In this document: in pieces, positions 38,701 through 48,347 of the stretch
Position numbering within the stretch: position 1 is the stretch's first letter
Layout: the number at the start of each line of letters is the position of its first letter
NCBI GenBank assembly: GCA_002269645.1
Contig: NIVC01002730.1
Coordinates: 1-48,347 of the forward strand
DNA length: 48,347 nucleotides
Direction: 5' to 3'
From: Macrostomum lignano
Lineage: Eukaryota
Notes under the pieces: generated by a model
The model's input: the letters and a program-made list of their open reading frames with translations, nothing else
What the model was told of the DNA's origin: nothing
Database searches by the model: none
Translations under genes and position numbers: made by a program

Positions 38701-39160
38701 CTAAAGGTTAAAATAATTATAAATATTTCAATTGCCACTATGCAAAGCTAAATTAAAAAATAATAATAAACACATTTTAAACAATAACTATATAGTCTAG
38801 ATTTAGGGTGGCACCCTGCCATTAAGTTTCATTTTTTTTATTTTTGTTATATAAATAAATTAATCAAAAGCAAAACACATTAAGCCAAGTAATCTATGCA
38901 CTAGTATACCCCATTAAAACATTTCTGGATCTACCTACAACACAACTATGCTTGATTGTGGTTTGTAAACTATCTAGTACAGGAAGCTTTTAGCTATGCC
39001 TCACTCACTCACATCACACTGACTGGTTTGCTGATAGTGATACTCTATTCTGGTCTTTCAAGCCAAGGTCAAGAAGTAGAAAGGTACATTTTTGAAGTCA
39101 CTGATTAAATATGCAGGCCTAGGCTAGGTCTATACATCTATTGAAACTTAAAATTCCCTT
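35761..39160. other. AT-rich, CpG-depleted non-coding block, possibly a decayed transposon
   Basis: only 5 CpG counted in 3.4 kb; no long ORF; abrupt return of CpG at 39162. Confidence 0.6.
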
Positions 39161-39553
39161 TCGCCGAAAATTCCTTCGCCGAAATGGGCTGCACTCATTC
39201 TAATATGCACAGCAAATAAATAAATGCATAGCATAGTTAGTATGTATATTTAGTATATTTAGAAATGCCTTCTCAATGACAGTAAATGACAGTCTCAATC
39301 TCAACGCCTCGAATTCGTCTTAGCATAGCATCTTAGCATTTGTGGTGATTTTATCCATAGGCCTGCCTACCTACTTGTTTCGAGGCAATAGTTTTTATTT
39401 CCAACTTTGATGTGAAAGTTAAATTGTTAAACAAACGAACAGACGGTTAAAACAAAACCACATACAAAGCTGATGCTTTTATTAACTTCATATTTCTTTC
39501 ATGTTTAAAACTGCGCGTACTAAATATATGTTTGTAAATATCATCAACAAATA

Positions 39554-39909
39554 AGGGGGGGCCGTAGCCCAGCGGTAGCGCAGCTGCTCTGGTGTGCCAG
39601 CGACCCAGGCTCGATTCCAAGTGCAGTCACATTATTTTGGGGCTGAATTGGAATCTCGGCTTGGCTCTGCTCGTGCAATTAACGGCCTTGAGAGCCAACC
39701 CCCCAAGGCGCAGTGAAGTGTACATGCCTAACGATAATATAAAGTTAGGGCCGCTTTACACTCCTGTGTGAGTGTGTGCCTGCGTACGTATCCGCGCGCT
39801 TGTATGCCTGCTCAGCTTGTATGCCGCAGTAATGCCTCTCGCCGGTTGTGTGCCTATGTCGCTTAAAGTGCGCCAGGGTGCACACAACCCCCTGCCTCTA
39901 ATAAAAAAA
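39554..39909 (+). mobile_element. Full-length tRNA-derived SINE with A-rich tail and 14-bp target-site duplication
   Basis: A box TAGCCCAGCGG (39565-39575), B box GGCTCGATTCC (39608-39618), AATAAAAAAAA tail, TSD ATCATCAACAAATA at 39540-39553 and 39910-39923. Confidence 0.88.
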
Positions 39910-40295
39910 ATCATCAACAAATAGCCACAATATATGAAGAGATCAAAGTATGCAAGCCCTTTCTTAGATATATTTGTCTTTGCCAGGAAGACCACGGAAC
40001 ACTGTATGAACAGTATTAAGAAAAGCTTTATGAGTCAAAACTAATGGTAACCAGTTCAGATAACCATGCAGATCCAAGCGATGTCTAAGAAGACGGAAAG
40101 TTTTTACTTTCACACCGATACATGTATGTAAAATATACATTCATGTAGTAGTTTCATTGTGTTTGCAACGTAAAATGATGAAAATGAGCTAGTCAGTAAC
40201 TGCGCATAAGAATAAAAAATGAAACTATCAATAGCGTTATGGGCTGGCTCATTTGCTTACCATCTAGAGCCACTCATCGATTATCATTTCACAAA

Positions 40296-40408
40296 TCAAT
40301 TGTCTTTCTGGACCTTATTTTTGGACTGATCGCGACTTTCATACCACAATGAGATTTGTACGCTGCAGTAGGATAGGGTTAATGTCAAAAAAAGATGCCA
40401 CCAGGGTC
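40296..40408 (-). CDS. HHAT: HHAT-like copy 2 last coding exon (RPWWHLFLTLTLSYCSVQISLWYESRDQSKNKVQKDN*)
   Basis: attgcag acceptor; homologous to 5219-5334. Confidence 0.85.
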
Positions 40409-40518
40409 CTGCAATGTGTTTATTAAGTTTATAGTTTCGATTAGGTAGGCTATTTTCATCTGTAAAGAAAGGCTTATTGCAATATACATGCACATGGATG
40501 TACGAAATGTAGCCTTAC

Positions 40519-40675
40519 TATAAAAAAGAAGCGGTTTGAAGATTTCAACAACGAGCCACAAAGCGTCCAGAGTATTCATGAGAAAAACAAAGATGAAACA
40601 AGACGTGAGGATCAGATTGCAGCCAATAATGTACGCAACCAAGCGCTGGTGGTTTTTTGGACTCAGGATCAGGCT
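40519..40675 (-). CDS. HHAT: HHAT-like copy 2 penultimate exon
   Basis: tttcag acceptor, gtaagg donor, 157 nt, SLILSPKNHQRLVAYIIGCN... Confidence 0.85.
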
Positions 40676-40811
40676 CTGAAATATTTAAAGGTACGAGTGT
40701 TTCCCTAATCATTACAGAATTAAGCATGCTCTCACAATGGACTTAAGTCCAGTCCTGAACTAGCCCAGAATCAAATCATTTCGAGTTCATTCTGTATCAT
40801 CATTATGGGGT

Positions 40812-40945
40812 CAATCACTCGGAGCTCACTCTGGGTCAGTCACTCGGAGCTCACTCTGGGTCACTCACTCGGAGCTCACTCTGGGTCAGTCACTCGGAGC
40901 TCACTCTAGATCAGTCACTCGGAGCTCACTCTGGGTCAGTCACTC
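40812..40945 (-). repeat. Short stub (about 5 units) of the 25-bp minisatellite found at 2822-4205
   Basis: reverse-complement units CACTCGGAGCTCACTCTGGGTCAGT. Confidence 0.92.
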
Positions 40946-40961
40946 TGATCCCCAGACTCAC

Positions 40962-41972
40962 CAGCCACGTCTTCAACTTCCTCTCATAGAAAGCGCAGGC
41001 CAGGGTCTCCAGAAGCAGCTGCAGGGCGTTCAGCGCAGCCCAGATGCGGACGCTGGTTGAGTCGCCGTGGTAGATGGAGACAAAGGCGAAGCTGGCAGCC
41101 ACAGCAGCTACCTGTCTCACAATGCCGTGCCGACTGCCTCCCATGGGGATGTAGATGTGGCTGTACATGAAGGAGGCCAGCCCCCTGTCGAACACGCGCC
41201 ACATCTGCCTGTAAGTATAGACCCGGCTGATGCAGTCGGGCCAGTGCGGCAGCTCGACTCCGTCAATGCTGGACACGAGACCCGGCCAGCCGTACAGCTG
41301 CACGTAGACCAGCATGAAGTTCTGGCCATGCAGGTACATTGAGAACACGAGCCGCTTGTAGGGCACGGACTCGTAAGACCGAATGCTCTCCAGAAACGCT
41401 CCAACAGGTAGGAAATGATGCAGCACCTGAAGCAGCAGCATCCACACCAACAGGCGAGTCGCTCGCCACGCCAGCAGTAGCAGCAGGTTCGGCTTCCACA
41501 CCAGCCTGTCGGGTCTCTCAGCCTCCCGACAGAAGTCAGCAAAGGTGAGGATCGGGCCGGAAAAGTGCCAGGGCAGGTAAAATCCGTAAGCCAGAGCTCG
41601 GGGAAGGTGCAGTCTAAGGAACTGGAGCAGGCTCAGCTGCTGTGCCTCATCTGCAGGTTGGCGTCTCTGGTCCCGCAGCATTTGGTTGAGGCTGAGTCCA
41701 GCGGAGATGCAGCGGCAGTACAGGTAGCCAGAGATTGGGTAGAACAGGTGAGAGTAATCACCTTCGAGATCCAGGACTTGAAAGAGCGCGCTGCTGTAAT
41801 CCGAGTTTTGCAGCATCATTGCCGACAGAATGAACAGCCAGACACCAAACTGGGAGAAATATCCCATGCAAACAGCACCGCAGTGCAACACCAGAAAGTA
41901 CATCGTTGCTTTGTAACCAAGAATAGCCGTTGTCACAGCCAAGGTGAAACTCGTAGTAGCCAGGTAGTGCAC
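40962..41972 (-). CDS. HHAT: HHAT-like copy 2, large MBOAT-domain exon (337 aa)
   Basis: catcag acceptor, gtgagt donor; about 98% identical to 1797-2807. Confidence 0.92.
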
Positions 41973-42031
41973 CTGATGAGGAATAGGGAACTTGGCAGGT
42001 TCTCAGCTGCTCTTGCAGGATATGGCATTTC

Positions 42032-42160
42032 GATTGAGCACTCTGTCACTGTCACTCCTCTCCTGACTGATCACTCTGTCTCTGTCACTGCTCTCCTGAC
42101 TGATCACTCTGTCACTGTCACTCCTATCCTAACTGATCACTCTGTTACGGTCTCTCCTAT
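42032..42160 (-). repeat. Short stub (4-5 units) of the 28-bp minisatellite found at 444-1730
   Basis: reverse-complement units CTGACTGATCACTCTGTCACTGTCACTC. Confidence 0.9.
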
Positions 42161-42205
42161 CTTGTCATTAGAAATCGATTCCGCCATCATTAAATATTGA
42201 CTTAC

Positions 42206-42319
42206 CCATCTCGGAGCCAAACGAATCGTGACCTGACTGACCAACAAGAAGCCGACGCTAGCAAAGATTAAGAATTTGTAGCCGTCTTTCAGATCCGATT
42301 CCAACGAAAAGGAGCGCTC
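42206..42319 (-). CDS. HHAT: HHAT-like copy 2 exon (ERSFSLESDLKDGYKFLIFASVGFLLVSQVTIRLAPRW)
   Basis: tccgcag acceptor, gtaagt donor, phase 0/0. Confidence 0.8.
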
Positions 42320-42528
42320 CTGCGGATTAAGATTGGGCCACCGGCGAGGCTGAACGAGCTAATAACATTTTATTGCCTGCGGTGTATCTATGCGAGACAA
42401 AGACTACATCTAAGCAACTCCTTTAAACACATTGAACTTGTAGTTTTTTCAGAGATAGTTACCATGCAGAGACTACAACACTAAAGATCAAGTTAAGAAA
42501 TTAATCCATTCTCTCGGATCCTTCTTAC

Positions 42529-42575
42529 CATCCACTTGGATAGCCAGCCATTCGTTAGCGTCATAGGGTGCAACT
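42529..42575 (-). CDS. HHAT: HHAT-like copy 2 47-nt exon (xLHPMTLTNGWLSKWM)
   Basis: ttgcag acceptor, gtaaga donor; homologous to 149-195. Confidence 0.75.
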
Positions 42576-42764
42576 CTGCAAGCGAATGCGAAACAATTAA
42601 AGAATTATACTGTTCTATAATGATAGCGTACGAGCTAGATAGAAAGGTTTTACGAGCGACATATGATTGATAGAGTTCTGATAAGGAATAACGAAGTACA
42701 CTGTTACTAATAGAAGTAATAGAAGTACACTACTATTGGCAAGCAGTCCGGCCCACTTCGCTGA

Positions 42765-42840
42765 TCCCTGAGCACTCACACGGATACGTGCGCAGGCACA
42801 CGCTCATACAGGGTGTACAGCAGCACAGACTTTCTCTTGG
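42765..42840 (-). mobile_element. Fragment of SINE body related to 39554-39909
   Basis: TACACCCTGTATGAGCGTGTGCCTGCGCACGTATCCG matches 39757-39800. Confidence 0.55.
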
Positions 42841-42938
42841 ACGGAAGTCACACGACAAGATTCTCGAACGATATTTATACCTGGCCAACATGTACCTATA
42901 CACCTGATTGCCACCAGAGTGAATTTATCATATCGAAC

Positions 42939-43167
42939 CTTTCTTTGGCGACCTGCCAATGTTTAGATAGAAGTCGCCAGCCGCGTAGCCGAATGCGGCA
43001 GCGAACACGGAGGCGTACAGCAGGGTTTCCCGAGGCCCAGCGCTGGGGGGAACGGAAGTTGACACCGAGGCGGCGGCTGAGCGTTTGATCGGTTCGGCTT
43101 CCTTGCCTTGAAGGTCTCCGCTTGTCTGCACCGAGTTTGCAGTTGACGAAGTGGAAGCCATCGTCAT
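42939..43167 (-). CDS. HHAT: HHAT-like copy 2 probable first coding exon (MTMAST...GPRETLLYASVFAAAFGYAAGDFYLNIGRSPKK)
   Basis: ATG at 43167; PRETLLY...Y...FY aligns with the HHAT N-terminal helix PRWELALY...FYSFYEVY; donor gttcga is weak and chosen for phase. Confidence 0.62.
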
Positions 43168-43814
43168 GGATGTTCGATCTTATCTGGTAGGACAAGGCTG
43201 AACGTTCTTTTAAGCTAAGCTTTTCTTCTCTGACTTAAGTAAAACATGCTGTTTGTTTTGCAGCCTTGCAGGGGTTGAACAGAGCACTGTAGATTTTGAA
43301 AAGTACAAGTTCGACCATAGACATTCATGCGAGTGTACCGCATTGGTGAAGAAGGAATAAAATGGACGTGTAATATGGAGATGGAAAACAAAAGCTGCCA
43401 CTTCAATAAGATAAGATAAGATAATAATATTGATATAATTAGATAGTCGTTTAACGGAGAAGATTTTAATGAAAAATTAAAAATCAGTTTCATGAAGAAA
43501 ATTTGATGTCTGCAAAGATTGTAGTCATTTTTGTGATATGTCAGAGATAAAGTTTGGGGGGGGGGGTTGCGTACGCACATTCAAGCTATCATGATTTATC
43601 CACATAAACTGACAATTAATCGTATCATTTCCATTCTTCTCTGTGTAATTTGCGTTTGGTGTGGCCCCCAATTGGGCCGTTTTACTTTGTGCTTGTTGTG
43701 TGCGTATTTAGAACGGTTCGTACAGTATAATAGGTTCACGATCGATAATTTAGGCCTCTAAATTATACTTCTCTAAACTAAAGGCCTCTAAACTAAACTA
43801 AACTTCGTGCGTGG

Positions 43815-44275
43815 CGCAAGAGAAGAGAAGAGTAAAAAGAGAAGAGAGGAGAGATGATAGAAAAGAGAGTAGACATGAGAGAGGGGAGATTAGAGATGAC
43901 AGGTGGAAGAGAAGAGAGGAGTGAGGCGGGAATGAAGAGGGAGAGAGAAGAGAAGAAGAAAGAGAATAGAGTAGAGTAGAGGGAAGAAACGAGAGAGCAG
44001 GAGAGAGGTGAGGAGATGGGAGAGAGGAGGGATAAAAGAGTACAGATCGAGGAAATAGAGGAGAAAGAGGAGAGAGGAGAGAATATAGACGAAAGAGAAG
44101 AGAGAAGAAATAGAAGAGAGAGAGGGGAGAGAGACGAGAGATGAAAGATCAGAGAGATGAGAGAGGTAAGAGAGTAGAGAGAGGAGAAAGTAGTGAGGAG
44201 AAAGAATAGGATAAAGATGAGAGCGCAGAGAGGAGAGATGAGAGATGAGAGACTAGAGATGAGAGAGCAGACAGG
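43815..44275. repeat. Degenerate GA-rich low-complexity tract
   Basis: purine-rich simple sequence. Confidence 0.8.
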
Positions 44276-44681
44276 AGAGGCTGGGTCTGGAGTCTGGATA
44301 ATGGCAGCAGTCAGTTTCTGCAAACAGGGAAAGCAAGATATGGTGTTTGAAAGGTTTTGTAGAGGATTTGGAGACGATTTGGAAGATGAGATTCAAGACA
44401 TGGGATTTCCGCTGATGGATTACAGGGAATGGAATTCTGGCGATGGGATTGCTTCCCCTTTCTCCTCCGGAGGAGGAATTCCACTCGTTTAGTAATAGCG
44501 TCAGCGGCCTGCAGCTAAAGAGGGCTGCAAAGTCAAAGGACAATTCAATGCAGCACAGCGCTTCAAACGATTATATTAATTGCAGTTTGCTTCAAATTTG
44601 CTCAACACAGCAGTTCAAACTCTAAAAAATATGCAATACACAGACCGAAACACAACTATCCAGATGATGTCTGTTGCTTTG

Positions 44682-44790
44682 GGCAGAGCAGCTCCTCGGC
44701 GGTAAACGCGTCCGACTCTCAAACCACGATCCCGGGTTCGATTCCCGGCAGCCACATTCATTTAGGGCTTGTGCACGAATATTGGCCAGG
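44682..44790 (+). mobile_element. tRNA-like SINE head, related to 39554-39909
   Basis: T-arm CCGGG-TTCGATT-CCCGG with B box at 44735-44745; downstream GCAGCCACATTCATTTAGGGCT matches GCAGTCACATTATTTTGGGGCT of the full SINE. Confidence 0.6.
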
Positions 44791-44906
44791 TGGGCTTCGA
44801 TCCCTTCTTGTTCTCTTTTCTTGAATATTGTCGCTGTTTTCCTTGGAGGTCTGTTGTCAAATTAACAAACCAAATCCATTCACCCCATCACAACCTGCAC
44901 ACGCAG

Positions 44907-45103
44907 TTGAGGATCTCTACCCTGATGAGAGACAGAGGCCCTCCGAGGCTGAGGTAGAGGGTGCGATTCGAGACCTACTGAAGCACGCTTCAGAGAGAGA
45001 AGCCGCCGAGGTGAAGCGCCGCCGAACAGTAGGACCTCCGGCTGGGCACCAACAGCCAGATGCGGCTCGGCATCAGCAGGCAACGGCGTCGAAGAATAAT
45101 TAA
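44907..45103 (+). CDS. Isolated exon-like segment resembling the C-terminus of DUF4806/BEN-like proteins (SEAEVEGAIRDLLKHASER)
   Basis: acgcag acceptor, open frame to TAA; motif resemblance from memory only. Confidence 0.3.
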
Positions 45104-45834
45104 TTCCAGTAGCGACGATGATTAGAAGACTGACAGATTTTAAAAACCATGCTTTTGCTTCGTTTCTCGCTAGTTTTTACATGTATTTCTGCTTAGTAAC
45201 GACTTGTTGGGCGACAGGTTTAAATTTTACTGTAGCTGTAGTGTATTTCGAGTAAGTTTAGTAACTATTTCAATAACTTTTAATCTGCGTTTTATTCTTA
45301 TTTCCGATCATTAAAAATTTTGCTATTTTCCTTTCCTGGTAATAAGTACGTTTGCTCGTAAACATTTATACTCAGTATACTGTATATACCGTAAAATATT
45401 TTCTGTTGGCCAGAAGTGGTTAACCTTTGCAGCAAATAATTGAAATAAAAATAAATAAGTAAATTTCAGCAACCAACCCTAAACACCGTACTAGGGTAGA
45501 AAATATTTCTAGACATCAATTTCCCGAGTCATTTTCTAATTGGACCTATAAATCCTGAATGCAAATGTGCGGTATTGTATAGAAACAAAAAAGTTTCATT
45601 TTCTACTAATAGTAGAATAGAAGACAAATTTCCCAGTACTAAAATAGTCCCGCGTCAGTAGCAAACGGACGTCATTTCGACTATAAAACTTTGTACATAA
45701 TGCGTACCAGAGGACTCTGATTTCAGGACGTCATTCGGACCATTTTTTTGACACCGGGGATCATGCGATTCACAGCCATGAGTGCTAAACCCCAAGGCGC
45801 AGAGAGTGTACATGATTGACGATCAGGAAAGTCA

Positions 45835-45915
45835 GGGCTGCTGTACACCCTGTGTGAGCGTGTGTGTGAGTGCGTGCCTGCGTACAGTATTGGTGCGCTT
45901 GTCTGTGCTCAGGAC
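45835..45915 (+). mobile_element. Fragment of SINE body related to 39554-39909 and 42765-42840
   Basis: GCTGCTGTACACCCTGTGTGAGCGTGTG...TGCCTGCGTAC. Confidence 0.55.
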
Positions 45916-46454
45916 TCAGCGAATGAGCAGGATTGCCGTCAGCACTGGCTGTGGGACCATGTTGCCGAGGGCATTGCGCCAGGTCGCCCCACAGCTCTTC
46001 TGCCATTGTTATCATTATTTATTTATATTTACCCTTCACTCAGCTTATATATAAAAGAGAACGGATGACTCAAATTCACTAAAGTTTAATTGGGAGAGCT
46101 GTTTGTATGTCGATCAGATTTTTATTCAATATATTGTTAGACTTCAGTGACTATATATATTCATTAATGTTTGCTTATGCTGCAGTCTATCCATGAGACG
46201 CATTAAGTTAAGTTCAGATTAGAACTCATACAGTAAGCTTCAGGATTATTTATTCAAATCAAAGCAGGAAAAGCACTTGGGGAAATTACAGTCACATTGC
46301 TAATCCGGATAATCAACATATTGGTTCAGGTTGATGGGAATAGTAGTTAACTAAGTAAATAAAATATTAATCAATATTTAGCAGTCATGTCTCATACGGA
46401 TCTGTGAATGAATTATTGATATATGAATTTGAATATGTTTCCAGGTGTTTCAGA

Positions 46455-46581
46455 TCAATTAATTTTCTGACAGACCTTGTTGACTTTCTTTCTCTTAGCC
46501 TCGACGCACTCTTCGTATCGGAGAGACAGTTGGACAGTGAAATAGGTCAATAATAGGCCACAAACAGATGCCACCAAGGTC
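46455..46581 (-). pseudogene. HHAT: HHAT-like copy 3 last exon with a 1-nt frameshift (pseudogene or sequence error)
   Basis: ttgtag acceptor, RPWWHLFVA then TGA at 46547-46549; adding one base near 46556 restores LLLTYFTVQLSLRYEE...QKIN*, colinear with copies 1 and 2. Confidence 0.7.
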
Positions 46582-46716
46582 CTACAATGCAGTGGATCGT
46601 TGATGTAGTTGTAGATCTAATATGTTCTAGATCGCGGATCCCTTTACTCTCTAGATAGCGGCCCATGGACAGCTGAAGTAGAAGGCGGCTACACTCAAAC
46701 ATTTGGTCCCGATTTT

Positions 46717-47226
46717 TCTACGCCAATCCCTTCATTTGGAGCCAAATAGCTCCCGTTATCTCAAAAAATCGACCACCAATTAGAATTGGGGATCTCTATG
46801 GGGAGAAATGGGGATTTCATGTGATCGGAAGCTTCCGAAACGTCTCGAAACGTCGAGTTATCCCTCCACTTCGTCGAGGTAGAAATCATCTGTCTATAAT
46901 GTGTCTCCATCAAGGCGAGTAACACAATGAGAGCTTGGGTAGGAGGATAACAGACACATTGTTAAAAGATAACTATCGCTACAATTCTTCATACAAACAA
47001 AGAGCGTTTATCGTGGTCATCCCGTCATTTAAACATTTGAAGCTCCAAATTAAAGGATTGACATAGAGGAACCGTGACCCAATGCTTCAGGCTCCATTCT
47101 AGAGCTTTTGGTTCACATGAATCATAATTTATCCCATTTCTCCCCATAGAGATCCCCAAATGCTAAAGTGGTCGGTTTTAGGCACAACGGGAGCTACTTG
47201 GCTCCAAATAAAGGGATTGGCGTAGA
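46717..47226. mobile_element. Foldback/MITE-like element with about 110-bp imperfect inverted repeats
   Basis: 46717-46823 is the reverse complement of 47114-47226 (TCTACGCCAATCCC...GGGGATCTCTATGGGGAGAAATGGG). Confidence 0.75.
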
Positions 47227-47686
47227 CGTAGAGAAACCGGAGTAGGAATGTTTCGGGCTCCATTTTGACTCTAAGTTCACATTCCCTTTCTCATGAGAAA
47301 GCGTAGTGCTGAATTTGTGTCATGGACATGTGCTCGAGAAAATTCAGCTCATTTCTAAGAAAATCGAATTTTCAGCATCCTTCTACTTACAGTTGTCCAT
47401 GTGGCGACTATTCTCTTTTAATGCTTGTGTGACAATGAGCCGCTGCCACAGGACAACACTCGTCCATAGAAAACACAGCCAATCAAGTTGATTTTACAAT
47501 GTTTCAAATCAGGTATTACGGTTGGTTACTGCGCTTCGGTGCTGACTTTTTTAATGGGATTATCCACTTGATTGGCTCGTATAAGCATTTCTAGCGCACC
47601 AATTTCACCGGGGTGGCAAAATTAGGTTTGTTGCGCAGCCTTGAGTTCGAGCTTCTACACCCGGAAAAGTTGGAATTGCAACTCAC

Positions 47687-47843
47687 TGTAAAGCAGTAGA
47701 GGCTTGAAAATTTCGACTATAAACAGCAGCGCAGATACGTCGCCAATTAGGAAGACAAAAATGAAGCAGGATGTCACGGCCAGATTGAAGCCGATAATGT
47801 AGGCCACCAGGCGCTGGTGGTTGGCGGGACTAACGCGGCGACT
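47687..47843 (-). CDS. HHAT: HHAT-like copy 3 penultimate exon (SRRVSPANHQRLVAYIIGFN...EIFKPLLLY)
   Basis: tttcag acceptor, gtgagt donor, 157 nt, open frame. Confidence 0.85.
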
Positions 47844-48054
47844 CTGAAATCGGTTAGTTTCATTTTATAATAATAATATTGCAACGATTCAAAGGTCGTA
47901 GCAACTGAATGCTGACCAATTCGAGCTATAAATTTTGTGTTTTGTCTCAAGCCTCAGGTTTCACTAACTGAATTTGTTTCATCAAACGATTTGCCAGCCA
48001 GATGCACCTAACGATAAGCTGTGTAAATCCCAAGTTCGGACGTTTAATTGAGCT

Positions 48055-48275
48055 GTCTTGGGGATGCTTGCTAGTTGAGGAATGCTTGCTATCTGGGGAT
48101 GCTTGCTACCAGTATCTGCGGGATACTTGCTATCTGGGGTTGCTGACTCTTGGATGGGGGGTGCTTGCTATCTGGGGGATGCTTGCTGTCTCGGGGATGC
48201 CTGCTATTTGGGGCTTGCTATCTGGGAGGTGCTTGCTATCTGCGGGATGCTTGCTATCTGGGGGATGCTTGCTAG
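48055..48275. repeat. Intronic minisatellite, about 18-bp TGCTTGCTATCTGGGGGA
   Basis: degenerate tandem units. Confidence 0.85.
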
Positions 48276-48347
48276 ATCGGAACCCAACCATTCAATGGAT
48301 GGAGCCATCCTAGCGGCGGGCATTATCACTGAAGACTTAATCGCTCG

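Noticed and set aside
44682-44760. tRNA-Glu(CTC) gene
   Set aside because: Anticodon stem does not pair, A box is degenerate and the downstream sequence matches a SINE body; heads at 39560 and 28890 are likewise SINEs

Overview
Eukaryotic (animal) genomic DNA with GT-AG introns, GC-rich Ala/Gln/Gly-rich exons and about 22 separate mini/microsatellite arrays covering roughly 22 kb (about 46%) of the window. The style strongly resembles the flatworm Macrostomum, which is an inference and was not checked. Genes reconstructed by hand: (1) three paralogous Hedgehog-acyltransferase-like MBOAT genes, copy 1 on + (149-5334, 5' end outside the window), copy 2 on - (40296-43167, apparently complete) and the last two exons of copy 3 on - (46455-47843); (2) an intronless cAMP-dependent protein kinase type II regulatory subunit on - (14726-15886); (3) a multi-exon RUN-domain gene most like RUSC1/2 on - (26696-34567). 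There are also tRNA-headed SINEs (one full length with a TSD, one with a CORE-like domain), a foldback/MITE-like element and a 3.4-kb CpG-depleted AT-rich block. The strongest signal: HHAT copies 1 and 2 face each other as inverted repeats, their small exons are deeply diverged, yet their 1011-bp catalytic exon is about 98% identical over a tract whose two ends fall inside minisatellite arrays. This suggests minisatellite-bounded gene conversion and a potentially invertible 38-kb segment that would swap the C-terminal exons of the two enzymes. Most long ORFs in the supplied track are translations of repeats. All exon coordinates and counts were made by eye.
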